Shown piece by piece: positions 31,500-39,923 of a stretch of 64,000 bases of DNA. The stretch is from an uncultured Verrucomicrobiae bacterium (GTDB lineage: Bacteria; Verrucomicrobiota; Verrucomicrobiia; Chthoniobacterales; UBA10450), in assembly GCA_963735805.1 (NCBI GenBank), contig CAVTMK010000002.1, positions 512,001-576,000 of the forward strand, in the 5' to 3' direction. Position numbers and translations under genes: made by a program. The stretch's first letter is position 1. Every line of letters starts with the position of its first letter. The notes beneath the pieces were generated by a model. That model saw nothing but the letters and a program-made list of their open reading frames with translations. It ran no database searches and was not told the origin of the DNA.

Positions 31500-31573
31500 A
31501 AGGTGGAACGCGTTGTTCCCAACGCGTTGTCATGGGCCCGACGCATCGGCTTGGGGACAAGCCGATCCACCTT
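31500..31573. repeat. REP-like palindrome, family C
   Basis: AAGGTGGAACGCGTTGTTCCCAACGCGTT ... ATCGGCTTGGGGACAAGCCGATCCACCTT; terminal inverted repeats with two internal hairpins. Confidence 0.75.
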
Positions 31574-31593
31574 CCTGCCTGATTTCAGTCCCT

Positions 31594-32553
31594 ATGTCAG
31601 AACCGATGATCGAAGTGGACAGACTAACGAAACGCTTCGGCACATTTATGGCGGTCGATCACGTTTCGTTTTCTGTCGGAAAAGGGTCAATCTTTGGTTT
31701 TCTTGGCCCGAACGGTTCTGGAAAAACAACCATGATCCGGATGTTGTGCGGAATTTTGGAGCCGACAGACGGAACTGCTCGCATCGGTGGCCACGACGTT
31801 GTGCGAGATATCGAACCGATCAAAGAAATGATCGGCTACATGTCGCAGAAATTCTCGCTCTACGACGAGTTGACGGTGAATGAGAACCTCATTTTTGCAG
31901 GAAAACTTTACGGCTTAAGCGGTCACGAATTAAACCAGCGTCGCGACGAAATGATCGCAACGACGCACCTGGAACCGTACATCAACAGGCGCGCGTCGAA
32001 TCTTTCCGGTGGCTGGCGACAACGTTTGGCAATGGCCTGCTCGCTCATGCATAAACCGACGGTTCTTTTTCTCGATGAGCCGACGGCCGGCATCGACCCG
32101 GTCGCGCGTCGCGAACTGTGGGATTTGCTCTTCGAATTCGCGGGAAAAGGCATGACGCTGTTCGTGACGACCCATTACATGGATGAAGCGGAGCGGTGTG
32201 ATCACGTGGGCTACATTTACATGTCGAAACTGATCGTGTGCGGCGAGCCGGACGAATTAAAGAAACTTCCAGAAGTAAATCCGCCCGGAACACGCCGGCT
32301 CGACGTGACCTGCGATCATGTAACGACAGCATTGCAAGCCATGCGTCAACTGCGAGGTGTCCGCACCGCTACTGTCTTTGGTCAATCAATGCATTTGCTG
32401 GTCGATGAGAACGTCAAGCGCGCCCAGATCGACGAACAATTGCGCAAAGTTGGCGTAACCCATGCCGAGATTCATGAAATCGGTCCTTCGCTGGAGGACG
32501 TGTTTGTCGAGCTTTCAGCCAAGCACGCTGCGGGGCAACAAAAGGCGGCGTGA
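31594..32553 (+). CDS. ABC-2 type exporter ATP-binding protein
   Basis: GPNGSGKTT, LSGGWRQR, LDEPTAGIDP, TTHYMDEAE; start moved to MSEPMIEV. Confidence 0.92.
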   Translation: MSEPMIEVDRLTKRFGTFMAVDHVSFSVGKGSIFGFLGPNGSGKTTMIRMLCGILEPTDGTARIGGHDVVRDIEPIKEMIGYMSQKFSLYDELTVNENLIFAGKLYGLSGHELNQRRDEMIATTHLEPYINRRASNLSGGWRQRLAMACSLMHKPTVLFLDEPTAGIDPVARRELWDLLFEFAGKGMTLFVTTHYMDEAERCDHVGYIYMSKLIVCGEPDELKKLPEVNPPGTRRLDVTCDHVTTALQAMRQLRGVRTATVFGQSMHLLVDENVKRAQIDEQLRKVGVTHAEIHEIGPSLEDVFVELSAKHAAGQQKAA

Positions 32554-33677
32554 TGAAACACAAATTTTTTCGCGGACTCGGCGCAATTCTCTTCAAGGAA
32601 TTCATCATCGTTTGGCGCGATCCGATGACCCTTTTCTTCATGTTTTTTCCGCCGCTGATCGAGATGGTTGCGTTCGGTTACGCTCTCGACAACGACGTGA
32701 AACACATGGCGATGCTGATTCTGAACGAAGATCGGACTGTCGAGAGCCGTCTTTTAATCGATCGCTTCGTGAACACAGAGACGTTTCGCGTGGTAGGCGA
32801 AGTGCAAAACCTGGATCAATTAAAGAGCGAAATGCGCAAAGGCCGCGCTTATGCTGCACTGGACATACCGCCGAACTTTACCCGCGATCTGAACGCGGGG
32901 CACTCAGCCCAGGTGCAATTACTTGTCGATGGCTCCAATTCCACGACGGCACTGCAAGCTCTCAACACCGGACTGGGCGTGGCGTTGACTCAATCAGTGG
33001 AATCGCTTCTGCGCGAAACGGGCCGGCAAGGCGTGCCGATCGATATTCGACCTCAGATGCTTTACAACCCCGCAATGCGCGCCCCGAACTTTTATGTGCC
33101 GGGCGTGATCGGCATTGTACTTCAAATCGGGACGACAATCGCTAGCGCCATGGCCCTGGTACGCGAGCGCGAACGCGGAACGCTGGAGCAGCTGCTGGTT
33201 AGTCCTCTGAGCCCCGCGGGTCTCATGCTGGGTAAGCTGGTTCCATATCTGTGCATCGGAATGGCGATGGCTGTGGTTCTTTTTCTGATTATGCGGTTTG
33301 TGTTTTTCGTCCCCATCGAAGGGAATATCGTAGCGATGCTGTTTTCGACGCTGGTGTATGTCTTTGCGTTGCTTAGCCTTGGTTTGCTCATCGGGACCTT
33401 TGCTGAAAATCAAATGCAGGCGTTGCAAATGTCGATGGTGTTCCTGTTGCCGAGTGTTTTCTTTTCGGGCTTCATTTTTCCGCGCGAAACGATGCCCTGG
33501 ATTTTTTACGCGCTCGGCACGCTTTTTCCCACGACTTATTTCATCGCGCTCATGCGCGCCATCATCTTGCGGGGAGCAAATCTGTTCGAATACTGGCAGA
33601 ACCTTGTGATTCTCATTTTGATGTCGAACTTGCTTTTTTCTCTCTGCGCCTTGCGATTTCGAAGAAAAATTGCGTGA
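32550..33677 (+). CDS. ABC-2 type exporter permease (YbhR/S-like)
   Basis: VRERERGTLEQLLVSP, GKLVPY, FSGFIFPRETMP. Confidence 0.9.
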   Translation: MMKHKFFRGLGAILFKEFIIVWRDPMTLFFMFFPPLIEMVAFGYALDNDVKHMAMLILNEDRTVESRLLIDRFVNTETFRVVGEVQNLDQLKSEMRKGRAYAALDIPPNFTRDLNAGHSAQVQLLVDGSNSTTALQALNTGLGVALTQSVESLLRETGRQGVPIDIRPQMLYNPAMRAPNFYVPGVIGIVLQIGTTIASAMALVRERERGTLEQLLVSPLSPAGLMLGKLVPYLCIGMAMAVVLFLIMRFVFFVPIEGNIVAMLFSTLVYVFALLSLGLLIGTFAENQMQALQMSMVFLLPSVFFSGFIFPRETMPWIFYALGTLFPTTYFIALMRAIILRGANLFEYWQNLVILILMSNLLFSLCALRFRRKIA

Positions 33678-34672
33678 GCGTCAAACGCGTCCTTTTCAGC
33701 GCACTTCGGGTTGCTCTCGCAGTCGCCGCGATAATTGCGTTACTCTGGTGGTTTGGAATTAAGATGCCCGGCAAAAATATTTTAAAGGCAGCGCCGCTCT
33801 CGTCTGAAGAAGTTACATTGCGCGAAGAACTCCGTGCCGATGTCCAAAAGCTCGCGGGAGACATTGGCGAGCGAAACATGTGGCATTATCCGCAACTGAA
33901 TGCGGCAGCCGATTTCATCGAGGATTCTTTTTCGCGTGCCGGACTTCGTCCACGGCGGGATACTTACGAAATACGCGGTCAAGCCTGCCACAATATCGAG
34001 GCAGAAATTTCTGGCTCGACTCCGGAGATCATTCTGGTCGGCGCACATTACGATTCGGTGTTTGGTTCGCCCGGTGCGAATGATAACGGCAGCGGTGTCG
34101 CTGCAATGCTGGCCCTGGCGCGAAGGTTCGCGGGAAAGACTGGAAAGCACACGCTGCGATTCGTCGCGTTTGTAAACGAAGAGCCGCCTTATTTTTTGTC
34201 CGATGAAATGGGAAGTTTTATTTACGCCGCCAGATGCAAAGCGCGCGGAGACAAAATCCCGGTCATGATCAGTCTCGAGACGATCGGATATTTTTCCGAT
34301 GCGCCGAATTCGCAAAAGTATCCCTCGCCAGGGCTGGGAATGTTTTATCCGAAAGTCGGCAACTTTATCGGGTTCGTCGGCAACGTTCGCTCACGAAGTC
34401 TGCTGCGCCGGGTGATCGCGGCTTTTCGCGAACACGCAAAGATTCCATCTGAAGGGGCAGCGCTTCCGTCCTTCATCCCCGGCGTGAGTTGGTCGGACCA
34501 ACGGTCATTTTGGCGGCACGGTTACCCCGGCGTCATGGTCACCGACACAGCGCCGTTTCGTTATCCGTACTATCATTCCGCTAACGATACGCCAGATAAA
34601 CTCGATTACGACCGGTTTGCGCTCGTGGTCAGTGGTATGGAGAAAGTGATCGAGCATCTGGATAAACTGTAG
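33674..34672 (+). CDS. M28-family metallopeptidase
   Basis: GAHYDS, PGANDNGSG, NEEPP, SLETIG, SDQ, YYHSANDT. Confidence 0.88.
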   Translation: MSVKRVLFSALRVALAVAAIIALLWWFGIKMPGKNILKAAPLSSEEVTLREELRADVQKLAGDIGERNMWHYPQLNAAADFIEDSFSRAGLRPRRDTYEIRGQACHNIEAEISGSTPEIILVGAHYDSVFGSPGANDNGSGVAAMLALARRFAGKTGKHTLRFVAFVNEEPPYFLSDEMGSFIYAARCKARGDKIPVMISLETIGYFSDAPNSQKYPSPGLGMFYPKVGNFIGFVGNVRSRSLLRRVIAAFREHAKIPSEGAALPSFIPGVSWSDQRSFWRHGYPGVMVTDTAPFRYPYYHSANDTPDKLDYDRFALVVSGMEKVIEHLDKL

Positions 34673-34762
34673 TTGGCCCCCTTGGTCTTGCCGGAGCCGC
34701 CTGCTATAAGCTGGATAGGCCGAATAATTGGGTCTAAATCTTGGTAGGTCTAATCATTAGCC

Positions 34763-35179
34763 GTGTCTATCGAATCATTGCTTCTCATTGCGAGCGTTGT
34801 CCTCGGTTTGGTGCATTTGATTGCCAGTTCACACCTGATCAGCTGGCAGCGTGGTTATCGTTGGACGGCCGGTAGCCGCGAGGAGGACGTTCCGCCTCTT
34901 CGCGGTGTTGGGAGCCGCGTAGACCAAGCGACCACGAATTTCCTCGAGACGTTCCCATTCTTTGCCGCACTCGTATTACTCGCACACGTCACAAGCCATC
35001 ACAGCCTTCTGACAGTGCTCGGCGCCCACTTGTATTTTTGGGGCCGCGTTGGCTATCTTCTTGCTGCCACCGCCGGTTATACTTTGATTCGTTCCGTGGT
35101 GTGTTGGAACGCTGCTATCGTCGGCATTATTCTTTTCGTGATCGCGATCCTATGGCAGGCTCCGACCGGTTACACTTAA
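34763..35179 (+). CDS. MAPEG-family membrane protein (cassette-like)
   Basis: RVDQATTNFLETFPFFAALVL, YFWGRVGY; stop lies in an attC-like R'' box. Confidence 0.8.
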   Translation: MSIESLLLIASVVLGLVHLIASSHLISWQRGYRWTAGSREEDVPPLRGVGSRVDQATTNFLETFPFFAALVLLAHVTSHHSLLTVLGAHLYFWGRVGYLLAATAGYTLIRSVVCWNAAIVGIILFVIAILWQAPTGYT

Positions 35180-35296
35180 TCAGGCGATGCAACCAATCGC
35201 TGTTCGGCTTACGGCTTCACTTCAGATGACTAACAGACATTCATTTCAGATAAAGCACGGTTCAGCCAGCGGTGGCTGATTTTGTTCTCGTTAGAT
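35174..35296 (+). mobile_element. attC-like integron recombination site 1
   Basis: R''-like ACTTAAT, 5 nt, L''-like GATGCAAC ... L'-like GCTGATT ... R' GTTAGAT; inner arms CCAATCGCTG/CAGCGGTGG; next ATG overlaps R'. Confidence 0.7.
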
Positions 35297-35714
35297 GACC
35301 GCCAGCTCCGTAATCGAATACTATCGCCAATTTGCTTTCGTCAGTTCCGTTCTGGCGGGGTTTGCCTTTAGTTTTTATGGAGTCTTGCTGTCGGCGTCGG
35401 CGCAACATCGAGCCACAAATCTGGCAGCCGTCCTGGCGGTCATGGCTTCCATTGCATTTTTGCTCGTTACCTTAGGAATGACTTTCGCTTCAACGATCGC
35501 TGCGAGTCTGCCCAACAGCGCCGGGATCCCCTCATCCATTCATGCACAACAGACGCCGCTCTCCTTTTGTTTTCTTGCTGGCATTGCACTTTTGTTCGGG
35601 GCTTTCGGTCTTGGGGGATGGATTCGATCACGTCCCCTGGGCATCGCCACGACTGCCATTGCGGCGGTGGGTTTGACCGGCGCCATCGCTGTCCTCGTAC
35701 CTTACTTTCATTAA
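35295..35714 (+). CDS. Hypothetical 4-TM membrane protein (cassette-like)
   Basis: Hydrophobic 139-aa ORF bounded by two attC-like sites. Confidence 0.7.
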   Translation: MTASSVIEYYRQFAFVSSVLAGFAFSFYGVLLSASAQHRATNLAAVLAVMASIAFLLVTLGMTFASTIAASLPNSAGIPSSIHAQQTPLSFCFLAGIALLFGAFGLGGWIRSRPLGIATTAIAAVGLTGAIAVLVPYFH

Positions 35715-35732
35715 ACCGACGGCACGCCAGGC

Positions 35733-35827
35733 AAGTAACCAGACGATGAAGCCATGGCCCTTAATCGAATGAACCCGAGCAATCTTGCCAAGGCACTCTT
35801 TCGTGGTTGAACTCCTTTCCGTTAGAT
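35733..35827 (+). mobile_element. attC-like site 2
   Basis: AAGTAAC-CAGAC-GATGAAGC ... GTTGAAC-TCCTTTCC-GTTAGAT; same layout as site 1. Confidence 0.65.
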
Positions 35828-35891
35828 GGACTCAGCTGTAGACGCTTCGAGCAGTGCTATGAGCGTCCAGATCGACCTCAGGGCGAAACGA

Positions 35892-36491
35892 ATGGCAGAC
35901 ACTGATTCTAAGATAACGATCCACATGGTGGCGAGTCTCGACGGATTCATCGCTCGAAAGGATGGGAGCGTCGACTGGCTCGAGACCTCGGACGAATTCG
36001 CAGGCGGCGAGACCATGGACCCCGAATTCGTCGATGCGTTCCTCAAGACAATCGACTGCTACGTCATGGGCTCGCGAACATATGAGACCGCGCTGAGTTT
36101 TGAGGGCAAAGGGTTTGGGTGGTCGTACGGCGACAAACCCGTCTTCGTCCTCACTCGTCGCGAGCTGCCGCGGACCCGGGATACCGTTGAATTCTGCTCA
36201 GGCGATCTCACGCAGTTCGTGAATGGGCGTCTGCGGCCGACGTTCCGCAGCATCTGGTTCGTCGGAGGCGGTGTACTCTCGGCCGAATGCCTTCGCCTCG
36301 GGCTGGCCGATGAAGTTCGTTATTCGATCCTGCCTATTTTGATTGGCGATGGAATCCCATTCTTCGACAAGCTCGATCGAGACGTCGCCCTGCATCTGAC
36401 CGAGGTCAAACCGTACAAAAGCGGGATGATCGCGCTTCGGTACGAAGTGCGAGAACAGACGTCAACTGAGGCGGTCCCCGGATCGAGGTAA
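35892..36491 (+). CDS. Dihydrofolate reductase / RibD C-terminal family protein
   Basis: HMVASLDGFIA, MGSRTYE, WFVGGG, PILIGDGIPFF; start may be 35826. Confidence 0.88.
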   Translation: MADTDSKITIHMVASLDGFIARKDGSVDWLETSDEFAGGETMDPEFVDAFLKTIDCYVMGSRTYETALSFEGKGFGWSYGDKPVFVLTRRELPRTRDTVEFCSGDLTQFVNGRLRPTFRSIWFVGGGVLSAECLRLGLADEVRYSILPILIGDGIPFFDKLDRDVALHLTEVKPYKSGMIALRYEVREQTSTEAVPGSR

Positions 36492-36507
36492 ATGCAGACA
36501 ACCCTGC

Positions 36508-36545
36508 CACGACACGCTGCCGTGGTCTCTCTCTTTTTCATTGGA
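36508..36545 (+). mobile_element. Eroded right half of a third attC-like site
   Basis: GCCACGACACGCTGCCGTGGTCTCTCTCTTTTTCATTGG resembles GCCAAGGCACTCTTTCGTGGTTGAACTCCTTTCCGTTAG of site 2. Confidence 0.4.
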
Positions 36546-37575
36546 GAGCAGTCAAAACGCGTGCGAGCGCGTAACCAATCAATCCACTCGCCGGCAAAGC
36601 GAAAACCCATGCCCATATGATTCGCTCGACAAGCGTCCATCGCACGCCGCTGAGACGTTTTACTGCGCCTACGCCCATGATTGACGCGGTTATTACGTGC
36701 GTCGTTGAGAGAGGAATCCCGTAATAGCTGGCAGCTTGGATAATCACTGCAGCAGTTGTCTCGGCGGCGAAGCCATTCACGGGTTGCAGTTTTACCATCT
36801 GATGTCCGAGGGTGCGAATGATGCGCCAGCCACCGGCGGCTGTGCCGATGGCCATGGTTAGCGCGCACAGAGTAACGACCCAGACGGGCAGGACGAAGGT
36901 CGGAGTTCGCAGAAAAGTTAGCGGGCCTGGCAAATGATCGAAGCTCCCCGCTTTCGTCCCGGTAAAAAGGGCAAGCGCGATAATGCCCATCGTTTTTTGC
37001 GCGTCGTTCGAGCCATGGCTGTGCGCCATCCACGCTGCGCTAAAGATTTGCAGCTTGCCGAACAGCTTGTTCACAAAGTGCGGCGTGAAACGGTGAAGCG
37101 TTAGGAAAAGCAGGAACATTAGTACCCCGCCACAAACGAATCCGGCGACCGGCGACGTGATCATGGGCAGCACCACTTTCGGCCAAATGCCGACGTTCCA
37201 CTTTATGACCGACCAATCGCCGTGCGCCGTCGCGAGCGCGGCTCCGCAAAGTCCGCCAATGAGCGCATGACTCGAGCTGGAAGGCAGACCGAACCACCAC
37301 GTGGTGATATTCCACGCGAACGCAGCAACGACTGCGGCAAGCACCGTAGGCATCGTCACCACATTCGTGTCCACAAGGCCTTTGCCGATTGTCGCCGCCA
37401 CAGCACCGCCAAGGAGCGCGCCGGTGAGATTAAAGAATGCAGCCATGGCGATCGCCTGGCGCGGCGTCAAAACTTTGGTGGAGACTACCGTCGCAATGGC
37501 ATTGGCGGCGTCGTGAAAGCCGTTGCTGTATTCGAAAATGATCGCTGCGACTACGACGGTGAGAAACGTAAGCAT
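36538..37575 (-). CDS. pit: Inorganic phosphate transporter (PiT family)
   Basis: NGFHDAANAIAT, GLPSSSSHALIGG, HGSNDAQK, GIPLSTTH. Confidence 0.92.
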   Translation of the reverse strand: MLTFLTVVVAAIIFEYSNGFHDAANAIATVVSTKVLTPRQAIAMAAFFNLTGALLGGAVAATIGKGLVDTNVVTMPTVLAAVVAAFAWNITTWWFGLPSSSSHALIGGLCGAALATAHGDWSVIKWNVGIWPKVVLPMITSPVAGFVCGGVLMFLLFLTLHRFTPHFVNKLFGKLQIFSAAWMAHSHGSNDAQKTMGIIALALFTGTKAGSFDHLPGPLTFLRTPTFVLPVWVVTLCALTMAIGTAAGGWRIIRTLGHQMVKLQPVNGFAAETTAAVIIQAASYYGIPLSTTHVITASIMGVGAVKRLSGVRWTLVERIIWAWVFALPASGLIGYALARVLTALQ

Positions 37576-37594
37576 CGCCGTCGCGAGCAGCAGG

Positions 37595-38233
37595 CTACGA
37601 ATACTTCAGTGCGACCCCGAGGATGATGTTCCCCGCGTCCCGGCAACGATCAATCACCTTTTCTATTAACCCGAACAGATCGCGCAGGAAAATCACCTGC
37701 TTCGTCTTGTAATCGCCCTGGTAAAGATCGCGCAACAGGTCGAGCTCGAGTTTGTCGGCCTCGCCCTCGATCGACTGCAGTTTTGCGTTCATCTCGCGCG
37801 CAGTCGCCGCGTCCGTGCCTTTCCGCAATTGTTTTACCATGGCCATGACTGTTTCCGCCGCTTGATCGAGCAGCTCGACCTGCTTGCGGAAATCGCGGCC
37901 ATGCAAGTCCTCTGGACAAATTAAAACGCGCTCACCAATTTTCTCCACTGTCTTTGGTATTTTATAAAGTGCGCCGGCCAGCGCCTGAATATCTTCGCGC
38001 TCGAAAGGCGTGATGAAGGTCTTGCAAAGCTGTTCGGTGAGCTCCTGAGTAATTTCTTTGTCCTTGCGGCGGCTGAGAATGAATTGCTCCAGGCTTTGTG
38101 GCGACTCGTGTTGCTCGAGCCGTTCCAGCAACGCGATCAAATGATGCACGCTCGCATCTGCCTCTTCGGCGCTCTTCTCCAGTAAATCGTAGAATTTTTC
38201 ATCGCGCCCAAAGATTTTTTGGATCGACAACAT
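37595..38233 (-). CDS. DUF47 / PhoU-like Pit accessory protein
   Basis: TFITPFEREDI, IEGEADKLE, EKVIDRCRD; directly upstream of pit. Confidence 0.85.
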   Translation of the reverse strand: MLSIQKIFGRDEKFYDLLEKSAEEADASVHHLIALLERLEQHESPQSLEQFILSRRKDKEITQELTEQLCKTFITPFEREDIQALAGALYKIPKTVEKIGERVLICPEDLHGRDFRKQVELLDQAAETVMAMVKQLRKGTDAATAREMNAKLQSIEGEADKLELDLLRDLYQGDYKTKQVIFLRDLFGLIEKVIDRCRDAGNIILGVALKYS

Positions 38234-38246
38234 GACTTTCTTCAGT

Positions 38247-38322
38247 TGTAGCCGAGGGCGTTGACCTCGGCAATCCTCAAGGGTGGGACACGTGGAGGCC
38301 GCAGTCGGCGTCCGCGGCTACA
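38247..38322. repeat. REP-like palindrome, TGTAGCCG...CGGCTACA family (family B), intergenic
   Basis: TGTAGCCGAGGGCGTTGACCTCGGC ... GCCGCAGTCGGCGTCCGCGGCTACA, 76 bp. Confidence 0.75.
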
Positions 38323-38367
38323 GGAACCCATTTGTTTGTGCGCGCCACCAACGATCAGCGCTTGCGG

Positions 38368-39750
38368 CTAGAGGAGCGTGCCGCGCAGAATGATGAGCGC
38401 CACGTTGAAATAAATTACCAACCCCGTCACATCGACTAATGTCGCGACGAACGGCGCGGATGACGCTGCTGGGTCGAGGCCGCATCTGCGCAGTAAAAAT
38501 GGAAGCATGGCACCGCTTAGGGTTCCCCATAGCACTACTCCGACCAACGCGGCACCCACGGTAAGAGCGACCAGCCAATGATACTGACCGTAGTCGAATA
38601 TATGCAAATACTGCCACAGCGTGATGCGGAAGAAGCCGATAGTCCCCAGGATTAGGCCGAGAGCTACTCCCGAGAGTAATTCTTTTCGGACCACGCGAAA
38701 CCAATCCCGCAAACGCAATTCCCCGAGAGCCATCGCACGGATTACGAGCGTGGTGGCTTGCGATCCGGAGTTGCCGCCGCTCGAAATGATCAAGGGCAAA
38801 AACATCGCCAGGATCGCCGCTCTTTCGATTTCGCTGTTGTAGCCCTGCATCGCGGTGGCGGTCAGCATTTCACCCAGAAACAGAATAATCAGCCAACTGG
38901 CCCGTTTCTTCACCATCCGCAAAAACGGGATGGTGGTGTACGGTTCGTCGAGTGCTTCCATGCCGCCGAGTTTTTGGATGTCCTCGGTGGCTTCCTGTTC
39001 CGCGACGTCCAGCATGTCGTCGCTCGTCACAATGCCGACGAGAACGCCGCTTGAATCAAGGACCGGCAGCGCGGCGCGATCGTATTTGCGGAACACGTTC
39101 AGCGCGTCCTGCCGCGAATCGTTCACATTTAGCGCCGCGAAGGTTTGGTCTCGAATCTCGCTCACTTTTGTGGTTAGCGGTCGCAGCAGAAACTCACGCA
39201 TGCGCACGTCGTCGATCAGTTTCCCGCGCTCATCGACGACGTAAACAAAGTTCAGCGTCTCGGTGTCGCGGCCGTACTCGCGCACGTAGTCGAGCACGTG
39301 TTGCACCGTCCAATCCTCCTTGACCGCGATAAAATCCGGCGTCATCAAACGGCCAACGCTGTTCTCCGGATAACCGAGCAGTGCCGTCGCTACATGGCGT
39401 TCTTCGGGTGTGAGCAAGCGAATCAACTGGCGCGCCGCTGCGCTCGGCAATTCTTCCAACAGCGCCGTGCGATCGTCCGGCGACATTTCGTTCAGAATGG
39501 CGACGACCTGTTCGTGTGCCATCGCGCGTAACAATTTCTGCTGTTCCTCGACTCCGATGTATTCGAAAACGTCCGCGGCGAGTGCCGCTGGAAGGACGCG
39601 AAAGATGATCACTTGTTCGTCTTCCGGCAAGTCGAGGATCACTTCGGCCACATCTGCCGGCGGCCATTCGCGGAACAGCTCACGCAGCGCGCCGAAGTTT
39701 CGGGCGTCGATCATGCTCTTGATTTCTGGCGCGAGAAGATTGCCGACCAC
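38368..39750 (-). CDS. mgtE: Magnesium transporter MgtE
   Basis: CBS pair, PLIISSGGNSGSQ, DPAASSAPFVATLVDVTG. Confidence 0.94.
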   Translation of the reverse strand: MVGNLLAPEIKSMIDARNFGALRELFREWPPADVAEVILDLPEDEQVIIFRVLPAALAADVFEYIGVEEQQKLLRAMAHEQVVAILNEMSPDDRTALLEELPSAAARQLIRLLTPEERHVATALLGYPENSVGRLMTPDFIAVKEDWTVQHVLDYVREYGRDTETLNFVYVVDERGKLIDDVRMREFLLRPLTTKVSEIRDQTFAALNVNDSRQDALNVFRKYDRAALPVLDSSGVLVGIVTSDDMLDVAEQEATEDIQKLGGMEALDEPYTTIPFLRMVKKRASWLIILFLGEMLTATAMQGYNSEIERAAILAMFLPLIISSGGNSGSQATTLVIRAMALGELRLRDWFRVVRKELLSGVALGLILGTIGFFRITLWQYLHIFDYGQYHWLVALTVGAALVGVVLWGTLSGAMLPFLLRRCGLDPAASSAPFVATLVDVTGLVIYFNVALIILRGTLL

Positions 39751-39802
39751 GTCGCGTTTTTAACACTCGCGCTCGGCCAAAGCAACGGTATGCGCGATGA
39801 CA

Positions 39803-39888
39803 GTTAAAAAGTTACAAAAGTCACAAACTCGAAAAAACTTGATGGCAAAACATCGTAACCTTTTACTTTTGTAACTCTTTTACCTTTT
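39803..39888. repeat. AT-rich GTTAC/GTAAC inverted short-repeat element, copy 2
   Basis: GTTAAAAA GTTACAAAA GTCACAAA ... GTAACCTTTTACTTTTGTAACTCTTTTAC between divergent mgtE and fadJ-like genes. Confidence 0.55.
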
Positions 39889-39923
39889 CTTCTCCGCTTG
39901 GAATTTGTCGGAAACGCTCCAAA

